From a virus (lineage: Duplodnaviria; Heunggongvirae; Uroviricota; Caudoviricetes), in IMG/VR virus record IMGVR_UViG_3300027777_000022: DNA of 64,000 nt; one strand, 5' to 3'. The notes under the pieces are model-generated. The model had not been told where the DNA came from, did not search any database, and saw nothing but the letters and a program-made list of their open reading frames with translations. Below are positions 27,556 through 37,363 of this stretch, in pieces; the first letter of the stretch is position 1; every line of letters starts with the position of its first letter. A program made the position numbers and the translations under genes.

Positions 27556-28507
27556 GATTTTTCTTCCTTAGTTCTATTTTAATTCTGCTGGTTTCGCGAT
27601 TTTCAAATATAGTCAGCAGAGTTGCCAGTCGTCCGTAACGAACCACACTGTCGTTCACATCCTTGATGTCGTCGGGCCATGGTGGCATGCTTACTGCCCA
27701 TCCCAGTTCCACAGCACGATCCACCAGTTCCATGCCTGCCAAGTCCTGATCAGGTACCACAGTAATCTCTCGGCCAAGGCTGCGAATCAATCGTGCTTGC
27801 TGATCAGATATGGTGCTGTGCATCACTGCTAGACCCCCAATACACAGCGCATCAAACACACCCTCTACCACAATTGTATTAGTCCAGTCTGCATGCTGCA
27901 AGTCTGTACCAAACACGTAGCCTGGTTGACTGCTGCTGATGTATTTGGGTTTTCTGTTATCTAAGTATCGTTCTGTATGTCCTACCACACGGTTATGATG
28001 TGTGAATGGGATAATCACTGCTGGTCGATGATCCTGATGATTTTTAAAAATCAATGCAGGATAATCTTCAGGCACTCGTCGATGCCGTAGATACTCTTTA
28101 AACTGATTTTCTTCAGTCAACAACTCAGTCAATGGTGGTAACTCTTGTTCTTCAAACGTGATATCAGCCAGGATATCAAATGTACGTTGTCGATCATCAA
28201 TGATGCCGTATATGCCTCGATGTCTTAGACTTTCTAGGTTCAGCATATCAATTTCAGCATCGGGCACACCCATCCAACTCAAGAGCCTACGGGCCTTATA
28301 ACTTAATGTACGGCCAAGGATAAAGCTAGCGGTGTAGTTGCAGTTAAAGCAGTGATAACTCCAACCTTGTTCTGATGGTTTGATGCCACCACGATTGCGG
28401 TGATCTTTTGTACTGCTATTATGTTGACAACATACTGCATTGAAACTTATCCAACCTGATGGGGTGGCTTTTCGTTTCGCAGGCAAATACTCAAGGATGT
28501 CTAGCAT
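27533..28507 (-). CDS. DNA primase (gp61-like)
   Basis: Zn-binding CC.H...HCFNC, KY, TOPRIM VEGVFDA, DQD and KDVND motifs. Confidence 0.9.
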   Translation of the reverse strand: MLDILEYLPAKRKATPSGWISFNAVCCQHNSSTKDHRNRGGIKPSEQGWSYHCFNCNYTASFILGRTLSYKARRLLSWMGVPDAEIDMLNLESLRHRGIYGIIDDRQRTFDILADITFEEQELPPLTELLTEENQFKEYLRHRRVPEDYPALIFKNHQDHRPAVIIPFTHHNRVVGHTERYLDNRKPKYISSSQPGYVFGTDLQHADWTNTIVVEGVFDALCIGGLAVMHSTISDQQARLIRSLGREITVVPDQDLAGMELVDRAVELGWAVSMPPWPDDIKDVNDSVVRYGRLATLLTIFENRETSRIKIELRKKNLVKRLRN

Positions 28508-28509
28508 CC

Positions 28510-29244
28510 TTACATTGTAGCAGAGTCTATAGTAGAAATCAACTTTTCAGCAATCATCACATGTCCAATCTCGTTGGGATGTCCGCCAGGCTTGATCAGT
28601 TCGCGTTTCTGGTTGCCTGGATGATCGCGAAACCAAAGCGTAGTTGCAAAGTCGGGCCAAATTATGGTGGGGGTATTCTTCATTTTGCAGTCACCGGGCA
28701 TGACATGAAATTGCATCATGGGTATGTTGTGTCTGGCAGCAACCCCATCAAAAAATAATAAAGTTTGTTGGTAATTCAATCTTGCTAAATCGGCACAGTT
28801 AGTAAGCACCAGTTGTTGTTTGACCATGTTGCGGAATTCTTCAGGAATTACACTGCTTCCATATTCTACCCAGGTTGAATGAATAAACTTGTTCCATGGA
28901 GCATCATTTCCGTAGCTTTTATGATTGGGATTGTAGAAACTGAGTCTGTCGGAATCAGTGTGCCCTACCAGTACCAAACAGTTTTCTAGATCAGGTTCAT
29001 GATCCAACCACCACTGGAATGTCCAAATTGAGCTTTGCATTGACCCGCCTGGGATACCAAAGTTTTCAATGGGTACATTGTAATGTTTGCCAACCAGCCC
29101 TAGAAAGTTATGACTGTTTCGATATGTTTCATTCTGTGTCCAACATGAATGTGCATTGGCATGTTTGAGAACCAGATCTGGATCCAGCAACTCATCACCA
29201 TACATCCACGAATCACCAAATCCTACAATTTTTTTATATTTCAT
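28510..29244 (-). CDS. SGNH/GDSL hydrolase-like protein
   Basis: FGDSW block I, NFGIPG and C-terminal GHPN..GH. Confidence 0.75.
   Translation of the reverse strand: MKYKKIVGFGDSWMYGDELLDPDLVLKHANAHSCWTQNETYRNSHNFLGLVGKHYNVPIENFGIPGGSMQSSIWTFQWWLDHEPDLENCLVLVGHTDSDRLSFYNPNHKSYGNDAPWNKFIHSTWVEYGSSVIPEEFRNMVKQQLVLTNCADLARLNYQQTLLFFDGVAARHNIPMMQFHVMPGDCKMKNTPTIIWPDFATTLWFRDHPGNQKRELIKPGGHPNEIGHVMIAEKLISTIDSATM
28514..28542 (-). promoter_or_regulatory. Sigma70-type promoter, probably giving a leaderless primase mRNA
   Basis: TTGATT-17-TACAAT-6-ATG. Confidence 0.55.
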
Positions 29245-30329
29245 CTAACTAATATGCTTACAATGGCTCCACGATTTAGACTGACCGCAGCAATTTGGTT
29301 GCTTTGCTGTGGGTTACTAACATAGCCTTGACCACCATTAATAACATTTATGGCACTTACTGAGGTACCTTCAATTTCTGCCTCGGCCACAGCACCCGCA
29401 CCCAGACCAATGATGTTCACACGTGGTGGCGCTAGATATCCGTATCCAGACTGTGTCACAGTTATACTTGTGATCACTCCGTTGGCCCCATATGCTGTGG
29501 CTGTGGCCAATTGTACCTGTTCTGTACCTGGCCATTGATCTGCCACAAGTCTCAACAAAGGATGATATCCCAATACATTGATATAGTCCGTACCAGTTTT
29601 ATTGTAATAACTTTGCTGTTCAGTAACATCTACCCAAACTGATTCATATGTTTGCGCACCTTGTGCTTTGACATTGCCAGTGAAGTGATCCATCTCCATT
29701 TGAAATGTGGTCAAACTGGTTCCATTGCTGTTCACATGACTACTGAATCGTTGCGGGTCGTTGTAAACATTTCCGTATGCACCTGGTGGATTTAATGCCC
29801 AGTCTGGATAGTTGGCACTGAATACAGGATCTAGAAATGCTTCTGGACCGTAGATGTTGGGTATAGTTACCAAGTGGCTGGGAACAAAAGCAGGCTTTAC
29901 TGAGTCTACGATATCTACATCACCACGAGCCTGTGCTTGTGCATCCACAAACACAGCCTCCACTAGATTGCCACTGGTACGTTCTATACTGTAGCTGCTG
30001 GGTTCGGGTGGAAATTCAGAAGTCTCTGCAGAGGTCAATGTGATTTTGGCACGTCCGTACTGTGCGCTGATGATGACCATGTCTTTTTCGATCAACTGTG
30101 CAGTACCTGCTAGATTGATCAATTTGAATCGTAAGTCACTTCCTGTGATGTTCACAGGCTTTTGGTCTTGATTAACAAACTCAAACAAGATCACGTTGTC
30201 AACACCTTTGTTGATGGTTAATTTTTTAGCGTACACAGGGTCCCACCTCCGGTCAAAATAAGCACCGCTGGAATCCAAGACCAACACTCGTTGGATTTGC
30301 TGATAGATATAGATCTGAGTTGAATACAT
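29241..30329 (-). CDS. Putative baseplate/tail structural protein
   Basis: N-terminal BppU-like beta domain; C-terminal ITVTQSGYGY..PP.V.I.G.G.GA repeats; late promoter upstream. Confidence 0.6.
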   Translation of the reverse strand: MYSTQIYIYQQIQRVLVLDSSGAYFDRRWDPVYAKKLTINKGVDNVILFEFVNQDQKPVNITGSDLRFKLINLAGTAQLIEKDMVIISAQYGRAKITLTSAETSEFPPEPSSYSIERTSGNLVEAVFVDAQAQARGDVDIVDSVKPAFVPSHLVTIPNIYGPEAFLDPVFSANYPDWALNPPGAYGNVYNDPQRFSSHVNSNGTSLTTFQMEMDHFTGNVKAQGAQTYESVWVDVTEQQSYYNKTGTDYINVLGYHPLLRLVADQWPGTEQVQLATATAYGANGVITSITVTQSGYGYLAPPRVNIIGLGAGAVAEAEIEGTSVSAINVINGGQGYVSNPQQSNQIAAVSLNRGAIVSILVR

Positions 30330-30344
30330 ATGGCGCTCCAATGA

Positions 30345-30373
30345 TATTTACCTAGAGTCTCTTGGTATAAATA
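30345..30373. promoter_or_regulatory. Back-to-back late promoters
   Basis: TAAATA on the minus strand (30345-30350) and a full T4-type TATAAATA on the plus strand (30366-30373), between divergent genes. Confidence 0.75.
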
Positions 30374-30389
30374 TCCGAAATAGTATAAT

Positions 30390-30767
30390 ATGGGCAGAGA
30401 CTTATTTCAAAAACTTGCTGACAAATATCCATTTATAACGCTGTGTGTGTATGCCACCAACGAATATGTGGGCATTGTACAGAATAGAGATGATATAATC
30501 ACCACCATCTATGACTTTGGAAATGTAAAAGATCTAGAGCAAAAACGTCGTTACTTGGATTTGGCCAACACCTGGTGGTGGGAATCCAATCGATCAATAC
30601 CCATTAACATATTCCTGCGTGGTGAATGGGATGAATTCCGTGGCTGTTTACGAACGTTTGTAAACAAGGACTTGGAAATACTGCACGGTCCTGTATGCAG
30701 CTTGAACGATATTGCCCGTAGAAAAAGCAAACGAAAGAGCATCACTTTAGTGAGGCGAATTGAGTAA
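30390..30767 (+). CDS. Conserved hypothetical phage protein
   Basis: 125 aa, WWWESNRSIPI motif; fills the gap and has its own late promoter. Confidence 0.8.
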   Translation: MGRDLFQKLADKYPFITLCVYATNEYVGIVQNRDDIITTIYDFGNVKDLEQKRRYLDLANTWWWESNRSIPINIFLRGEWDEFRGCLRTFVNKDLEILHGPVCSLNDIARRKSKRKSITLVRRIE

Positions 30768-31307
30768 ATTCATATGTAGCGCCACCAATGCTGCATAACC
30801 AATGGAATGTGCTTTTTTAAACGTGTAACCTCTGCTGAGATCACCATCCCACACTGAGTCAAACACTACGGGCCAAGGCTGATTCTGCAAATGTGCTTTG
30901 CCCGGACGTATCACACTAATAAATGCTGCCATTCTAGGAATTGAATCTGGTCGCATACTCTTTAGCAATGCTTGATAGTTGCCTATGTGTATCAGTTTAC
31001 TAGCCCAGTCTGGCTCCTGCCATAGTCTATCCCAAGGTGGTGTGGCTGCTAACATCTGTTCATAATGTGCAGGGTCACGAATCAAGTTGTACACACTCAT
31101 GTTCAACAAGTCAATTTTGAAATAACCACGGGCTTCGGCTGTTTCGTAATCAATGGCTGCGCAACCTACAACAGGATCACGTGGTATGTCTGTAATGTAG
31201 ATTCCTGAGTTGTGTTTTTTGCCATTGCTTTGCCGTGCCACTGTGTGCTGGATCAATGCCAGCACAGCATCTCTATTGGGCACGTCGATGTCAATGTCTG
31301 CGCTCAT
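30747..31307 (-). CDS. Minimal DNA polymerase III alpha (DnaE)-like protein
   Basis: Ordered motifs DIDID, KHNSG, YFKIDLL, IRPG and GYTFKKAHS within 186 aa. Confidence 0.8.
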   Translation of the reverse strand: MSADIDIDVPNRDAVLALIQHTVARQSNGKKHNSGIYITDIPRDPVVGCAAIDYETAEARGYFKIDLLNMSVYNLIRDPAHYEQMLAATPPWDRLWQEPDWASKLIHIGNYQALLKSMRPDSIPRMAAFISVIRPGKAHLQNQPWPVVFDSVWDGDLSRGYTFKKAHSIGYAALVALHMNLLNSPH

Positions 31308-31654
31308 ATCTTTACCAATGCTGCTGTCATACGCAGTTGTTCCTCAGCTTTGTCCACAGCATCCACTAGATCGGCGATTGCTGGATGTTGTGCAGCCAAT
31401 GCTTGTATTTCTTTTTCTTGTTGCATTTTCTTTGCAGCCCATTCTAATACAATGGCATACTCGGGTTTGAGCATCACTGTTGCATAGCTGGTATTCATAG
31501 GCATCCATCTTGACCCGTCAAATGTTTCCATAACATTGCCGTTGATACGTATCATACCTTGTATGGGATTGTTTGTATTTTGTGTTACATACGGTACCGC
31601 AATGTCGCCACCATTGACAACTATGTACGAGTCACCTTGTAAACCTTTGATCAT
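31304..31654 (-). CDS. Hypothetical protein
   Basis: 116-aa ORF, translationally coupled. Confidence 0.75.
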   Translation of the reverse strand: MIKGLQGDSYIVVNGGDIAVPYVTQNTNNPIQGMIRINGNVMETFDGSRWMPMNTSYATVMLKPEYAIVLEWAAKKMQQEKEIQALAAQHPAIADLVDAVDKAEEQLRMTAALVKI

Positions 31655-31655
31655 A

Positions 31656-32348
31656 TTACCATCCTGCTTTTGTTAAAATTTCTTTTGCATACGCTTGATC
31701 CTCGGGGTGATCAGCAAACTTCTTTTGCCAGATGTCCGAATCAATGTAAGGCCATATCATAGCCACTTGTTCTGCATTGAGTTCACTCAAGAACTTCTGT
31801 CCGGACTCACTATTGTAAATCACCCAAGCACTGATCCTACCTGTGGTGATTGCATAGCAATTGGCATTTGCACTGCCATAGCGTAAACAATCATGCGCCG
31901 GTGCATGTTGTTTTTCGCTCCAGTTCATACCGTGTTCGATTGCACGAGACAACGCATCATCCACAGCTTCTCGACGCACATACTCCACAAGATACTCTGT
32001 GTATAGTTTATCACTACACCAGTTGTCAATCTTCTTGTTGTTCTTCAACAACCATTCTATGAAACGAACAGGGTTGATTACTCGAACATCTACACAATAT
32101 CGACCCCATTTGACAAATGCACGATAGTAAGGTGATGTGGCAAAGTCATCCCAAGTCTTGGCTTTGGCCGATCCTTGGGTGTATTCGTAGAACTTCAAGT
32201 AGCCTTGCAGGCCCAATTGCACGCCACGTTCCGAAGATTCTTGATAGCGTTTCTTCTGTTCGCACACATGCACACTCAGACTAGATTCCTTGCTGAATGA
32301 TCGATTGCAATACTTACATGTGAAATTACTTGAGGTCGCCATGGTCAC
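31656..32348 (-). CDS. Protein with an N-terminal C2H2-type (C2HC) zinc finger
   Basis: FTCKYCNRSFSKESSLSVHVC. Confidence 0.75.
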   Translation of the reverse strand: MTMATSSNFTCKYCNRSFSKESSLSVHVCEQKKRYQESSERGVQLGLQGYLKFYEYTQGSAKAKTWDDFATSPYYRAFVKWGRYCVDVRVINPVRFIEWLLKNNKKIDNWCSDKLYTEYLVEYVRREAVDDALSRAIEHGMNWSEKQHAPAHDCLRYGSANANCYAITTGRISAWVIYNSESGQKFLSELNAEQVAMIWPYIDSDIWQKKFADHPEDQAYAKEILTKAGW

Positions 32349-32766
32349 GTATGAGTTGTGTGACTTCTTTTTTGGTGGTCATTGTGGCCATCAAATCAAT
32401 TTCATCTTCTTTGAAATGCGGATATAACTCACGCAATTGTTTCTTTATGGCCAAATCTCCAGCTTCTTTCTTCTTGAGTGAAATCCAATCATGCCGCGGA
32501 GTGCCCATTCCTGGGCTAGCTGCTGTGGCCATAAGCCATTGCAGTTTAGGATGCTTGTGCATGGTAAAGAAGTGTTTGTTGAGATAATGATTTACGCTTT
32601 GTACATAGTATTCTTGCAGTTCTTGGCTACCACTCACTGTGCTGCCCCAACGTACCATAAGGAATGTTGAAAACTTCTTGCGTTCCTCAATTGTAAGCTC
32701 ATCGTAGAATGCTCGATTCTTTGCGTCCATTTGCCGCATTTCATTGATGATGTTTAGTTTATCCAT
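32326..32766 (-). CDS. Clamp-loader small subunit-like protein (gp62-like)
   Basis: Size, replication context and the F..FLMVRW.S...N...HPKLQW pattern. Confidence 0.5.
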   Translation of the reverse strand: MDKLNIINEMRQMDAKNRAFYDELTIEERKKFSTFLMVRWGSTVSGSQELQEYYVQSVNHYLNKHFFTMHKHPKLQWLMATAASPGMGTPRHDWISLKKKEAGDLAIKKQLRELYPHFKEDEIDLMATMTTKKEVTQLIRDHGDLK

Positions 32767-33005
32767 TATTTTGTGTTGGTCAAGTGATAGATCATTATAG
32801 CACGTTCTAGGGCATCTTGTAAAGCAGGATTGGTTTCGGCTGCTCGGCGGATATCACCCCACAGTTTTGATTCCATAATGTGTTCGTGTAGCGGTCTGCC
32901 ATCATGTGTTCTAGCATCCGGAATCTTGACTAACTCACGATAATCTGATCCTGGCTCACGAGAGTACACAGTATTACCACCATCAGGACTTTCGAACACT
33001 GGCAT
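32766..33005 (-). CDS. Hypothetical protein
   Basis: 79 aa, FESPDGG.TVY motif. Confidence 0.75.
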   Translation of the reverse strand: MPVFESPDGGNTVYSREPGSDYRELVKIPDARTHDGRPLHEHIMESKLWGDIRRAAETNPALQDALERAIMIYHLTNTK

Positions 33006-33009
33006 TGAG

Positions 33010-33822
33010 TTAGTTCAATACAATCATGGCATCTTTGAAATCCAAAGTTGCTCCATTCAGACGCCATTGTTTGGCAACCACTCGATGCGACCAATACTGC
33101 GAATCATTTGCAACTTCTGCGCCTTCTGTGATAACGTTTTTGTTTTCAAAAGTGGTGCCGAGTTTGTCATGTTCAACCAACATTGGAAAATTATAGATGC
33201 CAGCGGCTTGCAGGTACAAGAGATTTTCAATGATAGGGCCATACTGATCTCCATAAAGATCAATCAAATCAAGGTTGTAGGTGTTGTATCCAATACAGGT
33301 TCTATCCAATAGAAGTTTAACATAGGAGCGACGGAACAAAGAATATGCTCCCCACCAGCGGCCACGGGTGAGCTTGATTGCCAAGTTTGGGTCGCCGTCT
33401 GGATTGCAGAAAGGCATTTGTACCTTGGTCAGCTGTACTCCATTCCACCCTTCAGGAAGATGTTGTACAAAATCATCCCAGGTAAAATTCCAATGTTCTA
33501 TGCTTTCAAAACTCACATCGTCTTCACAGAAAATGGCATACTCTTCGTCAGTTGACACGTACCAATTTCTCAACAGATTTAAATGAGAAATTATAGTGCC
33601 CATCTGAATCTCAACTTCTTTCATGAATCTACCTGATCCAGTGACATTTATCATGGAGGAAATTTTATTAAATCGTTCAGTGAGATACACGTTTGTTTTT
33701 GTAATGCCATAACGATCAAATTGATCTTGCATGAATTTTCTACGGTCCGTACTTTCATGCAAGCTGATGTAATTGACCGAGGGAAAGTTTTTGAGTTTTT
33801 CTTCAATGGTTAATTCTGTCAT
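33010..33822 (-). CDS. Glycosyltransferase family 25-like protein
   Basis: YISL..S.DRR, G...SH and IFCEDD motifs. Confidence 0.8.
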   Translation of the reverse strand: MTELTIEEKLKNFPSVNYISLHESTDRRKFMQDQFDRYGITKTNVYLTERFNKISSMINVTGSGRFMKEVEIQMGTIISHLNLLRNWYVSTDEEYAIFCEDDVSFESIEHWNFTWDDFVQHLPEGWNGVQLTKVQMPFCNPDGDPNLAIKLTRGRWWGAYSLFRRSYVKLLLDRTCIGYNTYNLDLIDLYGDQYGPIIENLLYLQAAGIYNFPMLVEHDKLGTTFENKNVITEGAEVANDSQYWSHRVVAKQWRLNGATLDFKDAMIVLN

Positions 33823-33825
33823 GAT

Positions 33826-34326
33826 TTACCAAGCCTTATTATAGTCCACAATCTCACAGTTACGACTGATGTCTTTGACAAAATACACACAGTCTGGTTG
33901 CGGTGCATCATTGATAGGCACACACAACATCTGCCCATTTTTAAGTTTGGGTGCATACCATGCTACTTCTTGATACACATCCACAATTTCTATAGGCGGA
34001 AAACTTGGGCAGAAACTGGAGAGTGGATTGAATTGGAACAGTTTAAATCCACGGTCGTTAATGCTAGTTAGTGGTAGCATTTCTAAATCTCCTGTGTCGG
34101 GCTCTCCAATCAACACTTGCCAATCCATGGGCATTTTGATTCTGGCATCACCTATTTGTAACACCAATGCAGGTGCATTAAAACTTTCAAGGAAAATTAA
34201 AGGTATGTAGTGATAGTCAGGATTAACCGGGTCTGAATTGTCTAGTATGGCAAATCTCATATCATCTACTTCTTCGGGCAAATGATCAAGATCGTAGGGT
34301 TTGTTGTCAAGAGTTAAGATACGCAT
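33826..34326 (-). CDS. Conserved hypothetical phage protein
   Basis: 166 aa; preceded by TTGACT-17-TATAAT-6-ATG. Confidence 0.8.
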   Translation of the reverse strand: MRILTLDNKPYDLDHLPEEVDDMRFAILDNSDPVNPDYHYIPLIFLESFNAPALVLQIGDARIKMPMDWQVLIGEPDTGDLEMLPLTSINDRGFKLFQFNPLSSFCPSFPPIEIVDVYQEVAWYAPKLKNGQMLCVPINDAPQPDCVYFVKDISRNCEIVDYNKAW

Positions 34327-34347
34327 GAATTTATTATATATGTTTTA

Positions 34348-34974
34348 TCAGTCAAAGTCAACCGTTGTGAGTATGTGCCGAACTTCTGTAGCCATTCGAT
34401 TCTGCCACACAGGATCATCAGTATGATATCCTGGACTTATTTTGAATTCAGGATGTCCATTTAAGTTACTGCACTCTCGTGATCTAAATTCACTCACGAT
34501 TGATTCTATCAATGGCACCAGCGGAGCACCAGGCGCACCGTACAATCCATTCCAATTAAAAGCGTATGGTAATCGTCGACGCTCACATTCCTGGAACATG
34601 CATCTGGCCATCACACAAGATTTAAAAAGATTCATCTGATCGCATGTGGTGGCACGAAATAGATCCACTGCTAATCGTTGATCGTTGTTCAGCTGAATAT
34701 TTCCACTGCTGTACCATATTCTGTTATAGTAGTCCTGGCCTGGCGGAATTAAAAATTCAATCCGGTCGGGCATGGTGAACCCCATGACCACTGCGTCCGG
34801 TTCGAGTTTTAATCCTTGAAAGAACTGATATGCAATTATTCCATTACTGCTGCCTGATATGCTACGCATGATAATTTCATATTCGGGCAACATTTCACTC
34901 CAGTGTTGCCCGGGAAAATCAGGGTCAGGGTGCATAAAACTATCGCCTATCACTAATAATTTCTTCATTGCCAT
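34348..34974 (-). CDS. SGNH hydrolase-like protein
   Basis: VIGDSF, SISGSSN and a C-terminal His motif. Confidence 0.65.
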   Translation of the reverse strand: MAMKKLLVIGDSFMHPDPDFPGQHWSEMLPEYEIIMRSISGSSNGIIAYQFFQGLKLEPDAVVMGFTMPDRIEFLIPPGQDYYNRIWYSSGNIQLNNDQRLAVDLFRATTCDQMNLFKSCVMARCMFQECERRRLPYAFNWNGLYGAPGAPLVPLIESIVSEFRSRECSNLNGHPEFKISPGYHTDDPVWQNRMATEVRHILTTVDFD

Positions 34975-36425
34975 GTTAATTTTTCCTGAGTGTACGGATA
35001 GTTAGCTTCATTGTAAAAGGTCTTGCGTTTAGTCAGGTGTCGCTTGCTGAATTTGCAGGTTGAAGTTACATCCCAGATCTGCACATGATCTTTGTCTTCG
35101 GCCTTGCGTATGCCACGCCCGATTGATTGGATAACTCGAGTAAAACTTTTGCCCGATTCAATCATTACCAAGTTAAAGATACGTGGTATATTAATCCCCA
35201 CTGCTGCTACACCGTATGTGGCCACAATGATCTTGTCTGTGCTGATGGCAACTTCATCATATTCATCCTGTCGGGCTTTGGCCTTGGTAGCGCCTGACAC
35301 AAACACAGCACGATCGCCTAGCCTTGCAACCAACTCATGTCCTGGTGCCACACGATCTACTAGCACCAGAGTGTTACCAGTTTCATTGACTTGCAACACC
35401 AACTGTGCGATGGCATCCAGGCGACCCGATTCTTCTAATAGATATTTTAATTCTTGTTGGTAAGTTTTGTGTTCCACAGTGTCTACCATTTGCACCACAT
35501 TCACATGACATTGTGCCAACACACCGCGATCCTGTAATTCACTGGCAGCAAGTCTGGATATCACAGGCCCTAGGCTCACCAACAGGCTTTGGCTTTCAAA
35601 CAGCTCTTTTGGGATGGTTCCGGTCAGCCCCCAGCGAATTGGCACTTGGGCCATTACACCAGTCAGCAGAGTTTTTAATGCATCTGCTTTGGCCATGTGT
35701 ACTTCGTCTACTATAACGCATACAACGTCATTTAAGAATTCCTGGATGGTGCAATCACCCACACCATTCTTTGTGTTCTTTAACAAGTTATTTAGACTCT
35801 GCCAAGTGCAAATGGTGTGATGTCTACCGTATTCTTTTCTGTCGCCGAAATAAACACCCACATCTAATTCCATGTTCTTGTAGTCTTTTTCTGTTTGTGT
35901 AACAAGACTTTTGTTGGGTACGATAACAATACTGCGCCCGTATGCACTAACAGCATTGCTCAGTGCTGCTGTCATGATGGTCTTGCCCGCACCCGTGGCC
36001 ACTTCCTGCAAGCATTGTGGATTGGTCAAGAAGTTATTCACAATTTCCACCTGATAATCACGCAACAAGATGGGTTTACCCTCGGCAGGATGTCCCGGCG
36101 GCCATTTGCGATCCTGATATGTGGTTTCTGTCACTTGATCAAATGCAAATGTGGTAGAATACTCGCGCTGATCATCCAGTTCAATATTGTAGTTTTGTCT
36201 TTCCAATATGGGAATGATCTCGGGCAAGAGATTCACATAAGTGCTGCCGCCCAGTTGGAAATAAGCCACCTTGCCATCCCAGCGGCCCAGTCGCACTGCC
36301 GGAAGATACCGGGCGTAGGGAACATCATATTTGAATTTCTTCACTAGATCTCGGCGAGTGTCAAGATCCAGTCCTTCAATCTTTATGTTGACTTCATCCT
36401 TAATAACTATGGTACATTGTTTCAT
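34965..36425 (-). CDS. uvsW: SF2 DNA helicase UvsW-like
   Basis: LRDYQ, ATGAGKT, DEVH, TGT and QSIGRGIR motifs. Confidence 0.92.
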   Translation of the reverse strand: MKQCTIVIKDEVNIKIEGLDLDTRRDLVKKFKYDVPYARYLPAVRLGRWDGKVAYFQLGGSTYVNLLPEIIPILERQNYNIELDDQREYSTTFAFDQVTETTYQDRKWPPGHPAEGKPILLRDYQVEIVNNFLTNPQCLQEVATGAGKTIMTAALSNAVSAYGRSIVIVPNKSLVTQTEKDYKNMELDVGVYFGDRKEYGRHHTICTWQSLNNLLKNTKNGVGDCTIQEFLNDVVCVIVDEVHMAKADALKTLLTGVMAQVPIRWGLTGTIPKELFESQSLLVSLGPVISRLAASELQDRGVLAQCHVNVVQMVDTVEHKTYQQELKYLLEESGRLDAIAQLVLQVNETGNTLVLVDRVAPGHELVARLGDRAVFVSGATKAKARQDEYDEVAISTDKIIVATYGVAAVGINIPRIFNLVMIESGKSFTRVIQSIGRGIRKAEDKDHVQIWDVTSTCKFSKRHLTKRKTFYNEANYPYTQEKLTWQ

Positions 36426-37260
36426 TGAGTTTGTTTGTTAGTATTGGAGTCAGGTAGTCAGAGAAGATTTTTTGACTTTTATATCCTGGATGACGATCAT
36501 TGGGGTTGGCCTGATCAATGGACATTGACCAAAACGATTTGTATAAATTCAACCAGAGATCTGAGTTAATACCACCGTACATACGGTAATGTGTATGAAT
36601 CATATTATACAACTTTTCTATTTCATTATCATTTCTGGTTTCTACTTGTAGTAAATCTTGTGTGTAGTTAGGCAAGGAAGATGGTGTTGTAAATGGTGTG
36701 TAATCAAAGTATCCTGACGGAATGTCAAATAATGTATTAACAAAAAACAATTTAGATTTTCTGGATTCAATCTGAATCAATTTTAATATATTTATATATT
36801 TAATTAGATCAAGCAGTGCCCAATGATCGTTGGAAAATTTTCTTATTTGATCACCTATTTTACTTTGCCATTTTGCTGGTATGACAACGCCAGGGTTGAT
36901 GTTGATATCCGTGGATGTTAAAGATGATAACATTGTGGATGTGGGGTAAGTTTCTAATCCTAGATTATAATTAAGTCTACCAATTGCGCTCCAGGCCACA
37001 ATAACAATATCATAATGATCTTTAGTCAATGCACATGCAGTTTCGGTAAAGATCCATTGGTTGTTCTTACCAGTTACTGCAAGATTGGTAACCTGTGGGA
37101 CATCAAATACTTGATTGCACAATTGATTTACCCATAGATTAGAATCTGTAGTGTCAATTTTAAAAGGATCTGCTACAGTTGCATTTAATCCATACCCTGC
37201 TGTCATGCTGCATCCTACTACTAAAATTTGCGTATGTTTATGCACAGTTGCTCTTTTCAT
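36400..37260 (-). CDS. SGNH hydrolase-like protein
   Basis: VGCSMTAG, NLAVTG and D.HPG..SQ motifs. Start reassigned to ATG 37260, after TTGACT-17-TATTAT. Confidence 0.7.
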   Translation of the reverse strand: MKRATVHKHTQILVVGCSMTAGYGLNATVADPFKIDTTDSNLWVNQLCNQVFDVPQVTNLAVTGKNNQWIFTETACALTKDHYDIVIVAWSAIGRLNYNLGLETYPTSTMLSSLTSTDININPGVVIPAKWQSKIGDQIRKFSNDHWALLDLIKYINILKLIQIESRKSKLFFVNTLFDIPSGYFDYTPFTTPSSLPNYTQDLLQVETRNDNEIEKLYNMIHTHYRMYGGINSDLWLNLYKSFWSMSIDQANPNDRHPGYKSQKIFSDYLTPILTNKLNETMYHSY

Positions 37261-37293
37261 AATGTATATAATAGCATACACACAAACAAAAGT

Positions 37294-37323
37294 CAAAAAG
37301 ACAGGTGCCATTTAAGCACCTGT
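37294..37323 (-). terminator. Intrinsic terminator of the ATPase operon
   Basis: ACAGGTGC/GCACCTGT 8-bp stem followed by CTTTTT. Confidence 0.8.
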
Positions 37324-37329
37324 TGTAAA

Positions 37330-37363
37330 AGAGTCGCTGGGCTAGAAAAACGTCTGCGACTCT
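37330..37363 (-). ncRNA. 3'-UTR hairpin whose loop is antisense to the ATPase RBS region
   Basis: 8-bp stem AGAGTCGC/GCGACTCT. The 18-nt loop contains TTTCTAGCCC, complementary to GGGCTAGAAA at 38760-38769. Confidence 0.55.
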
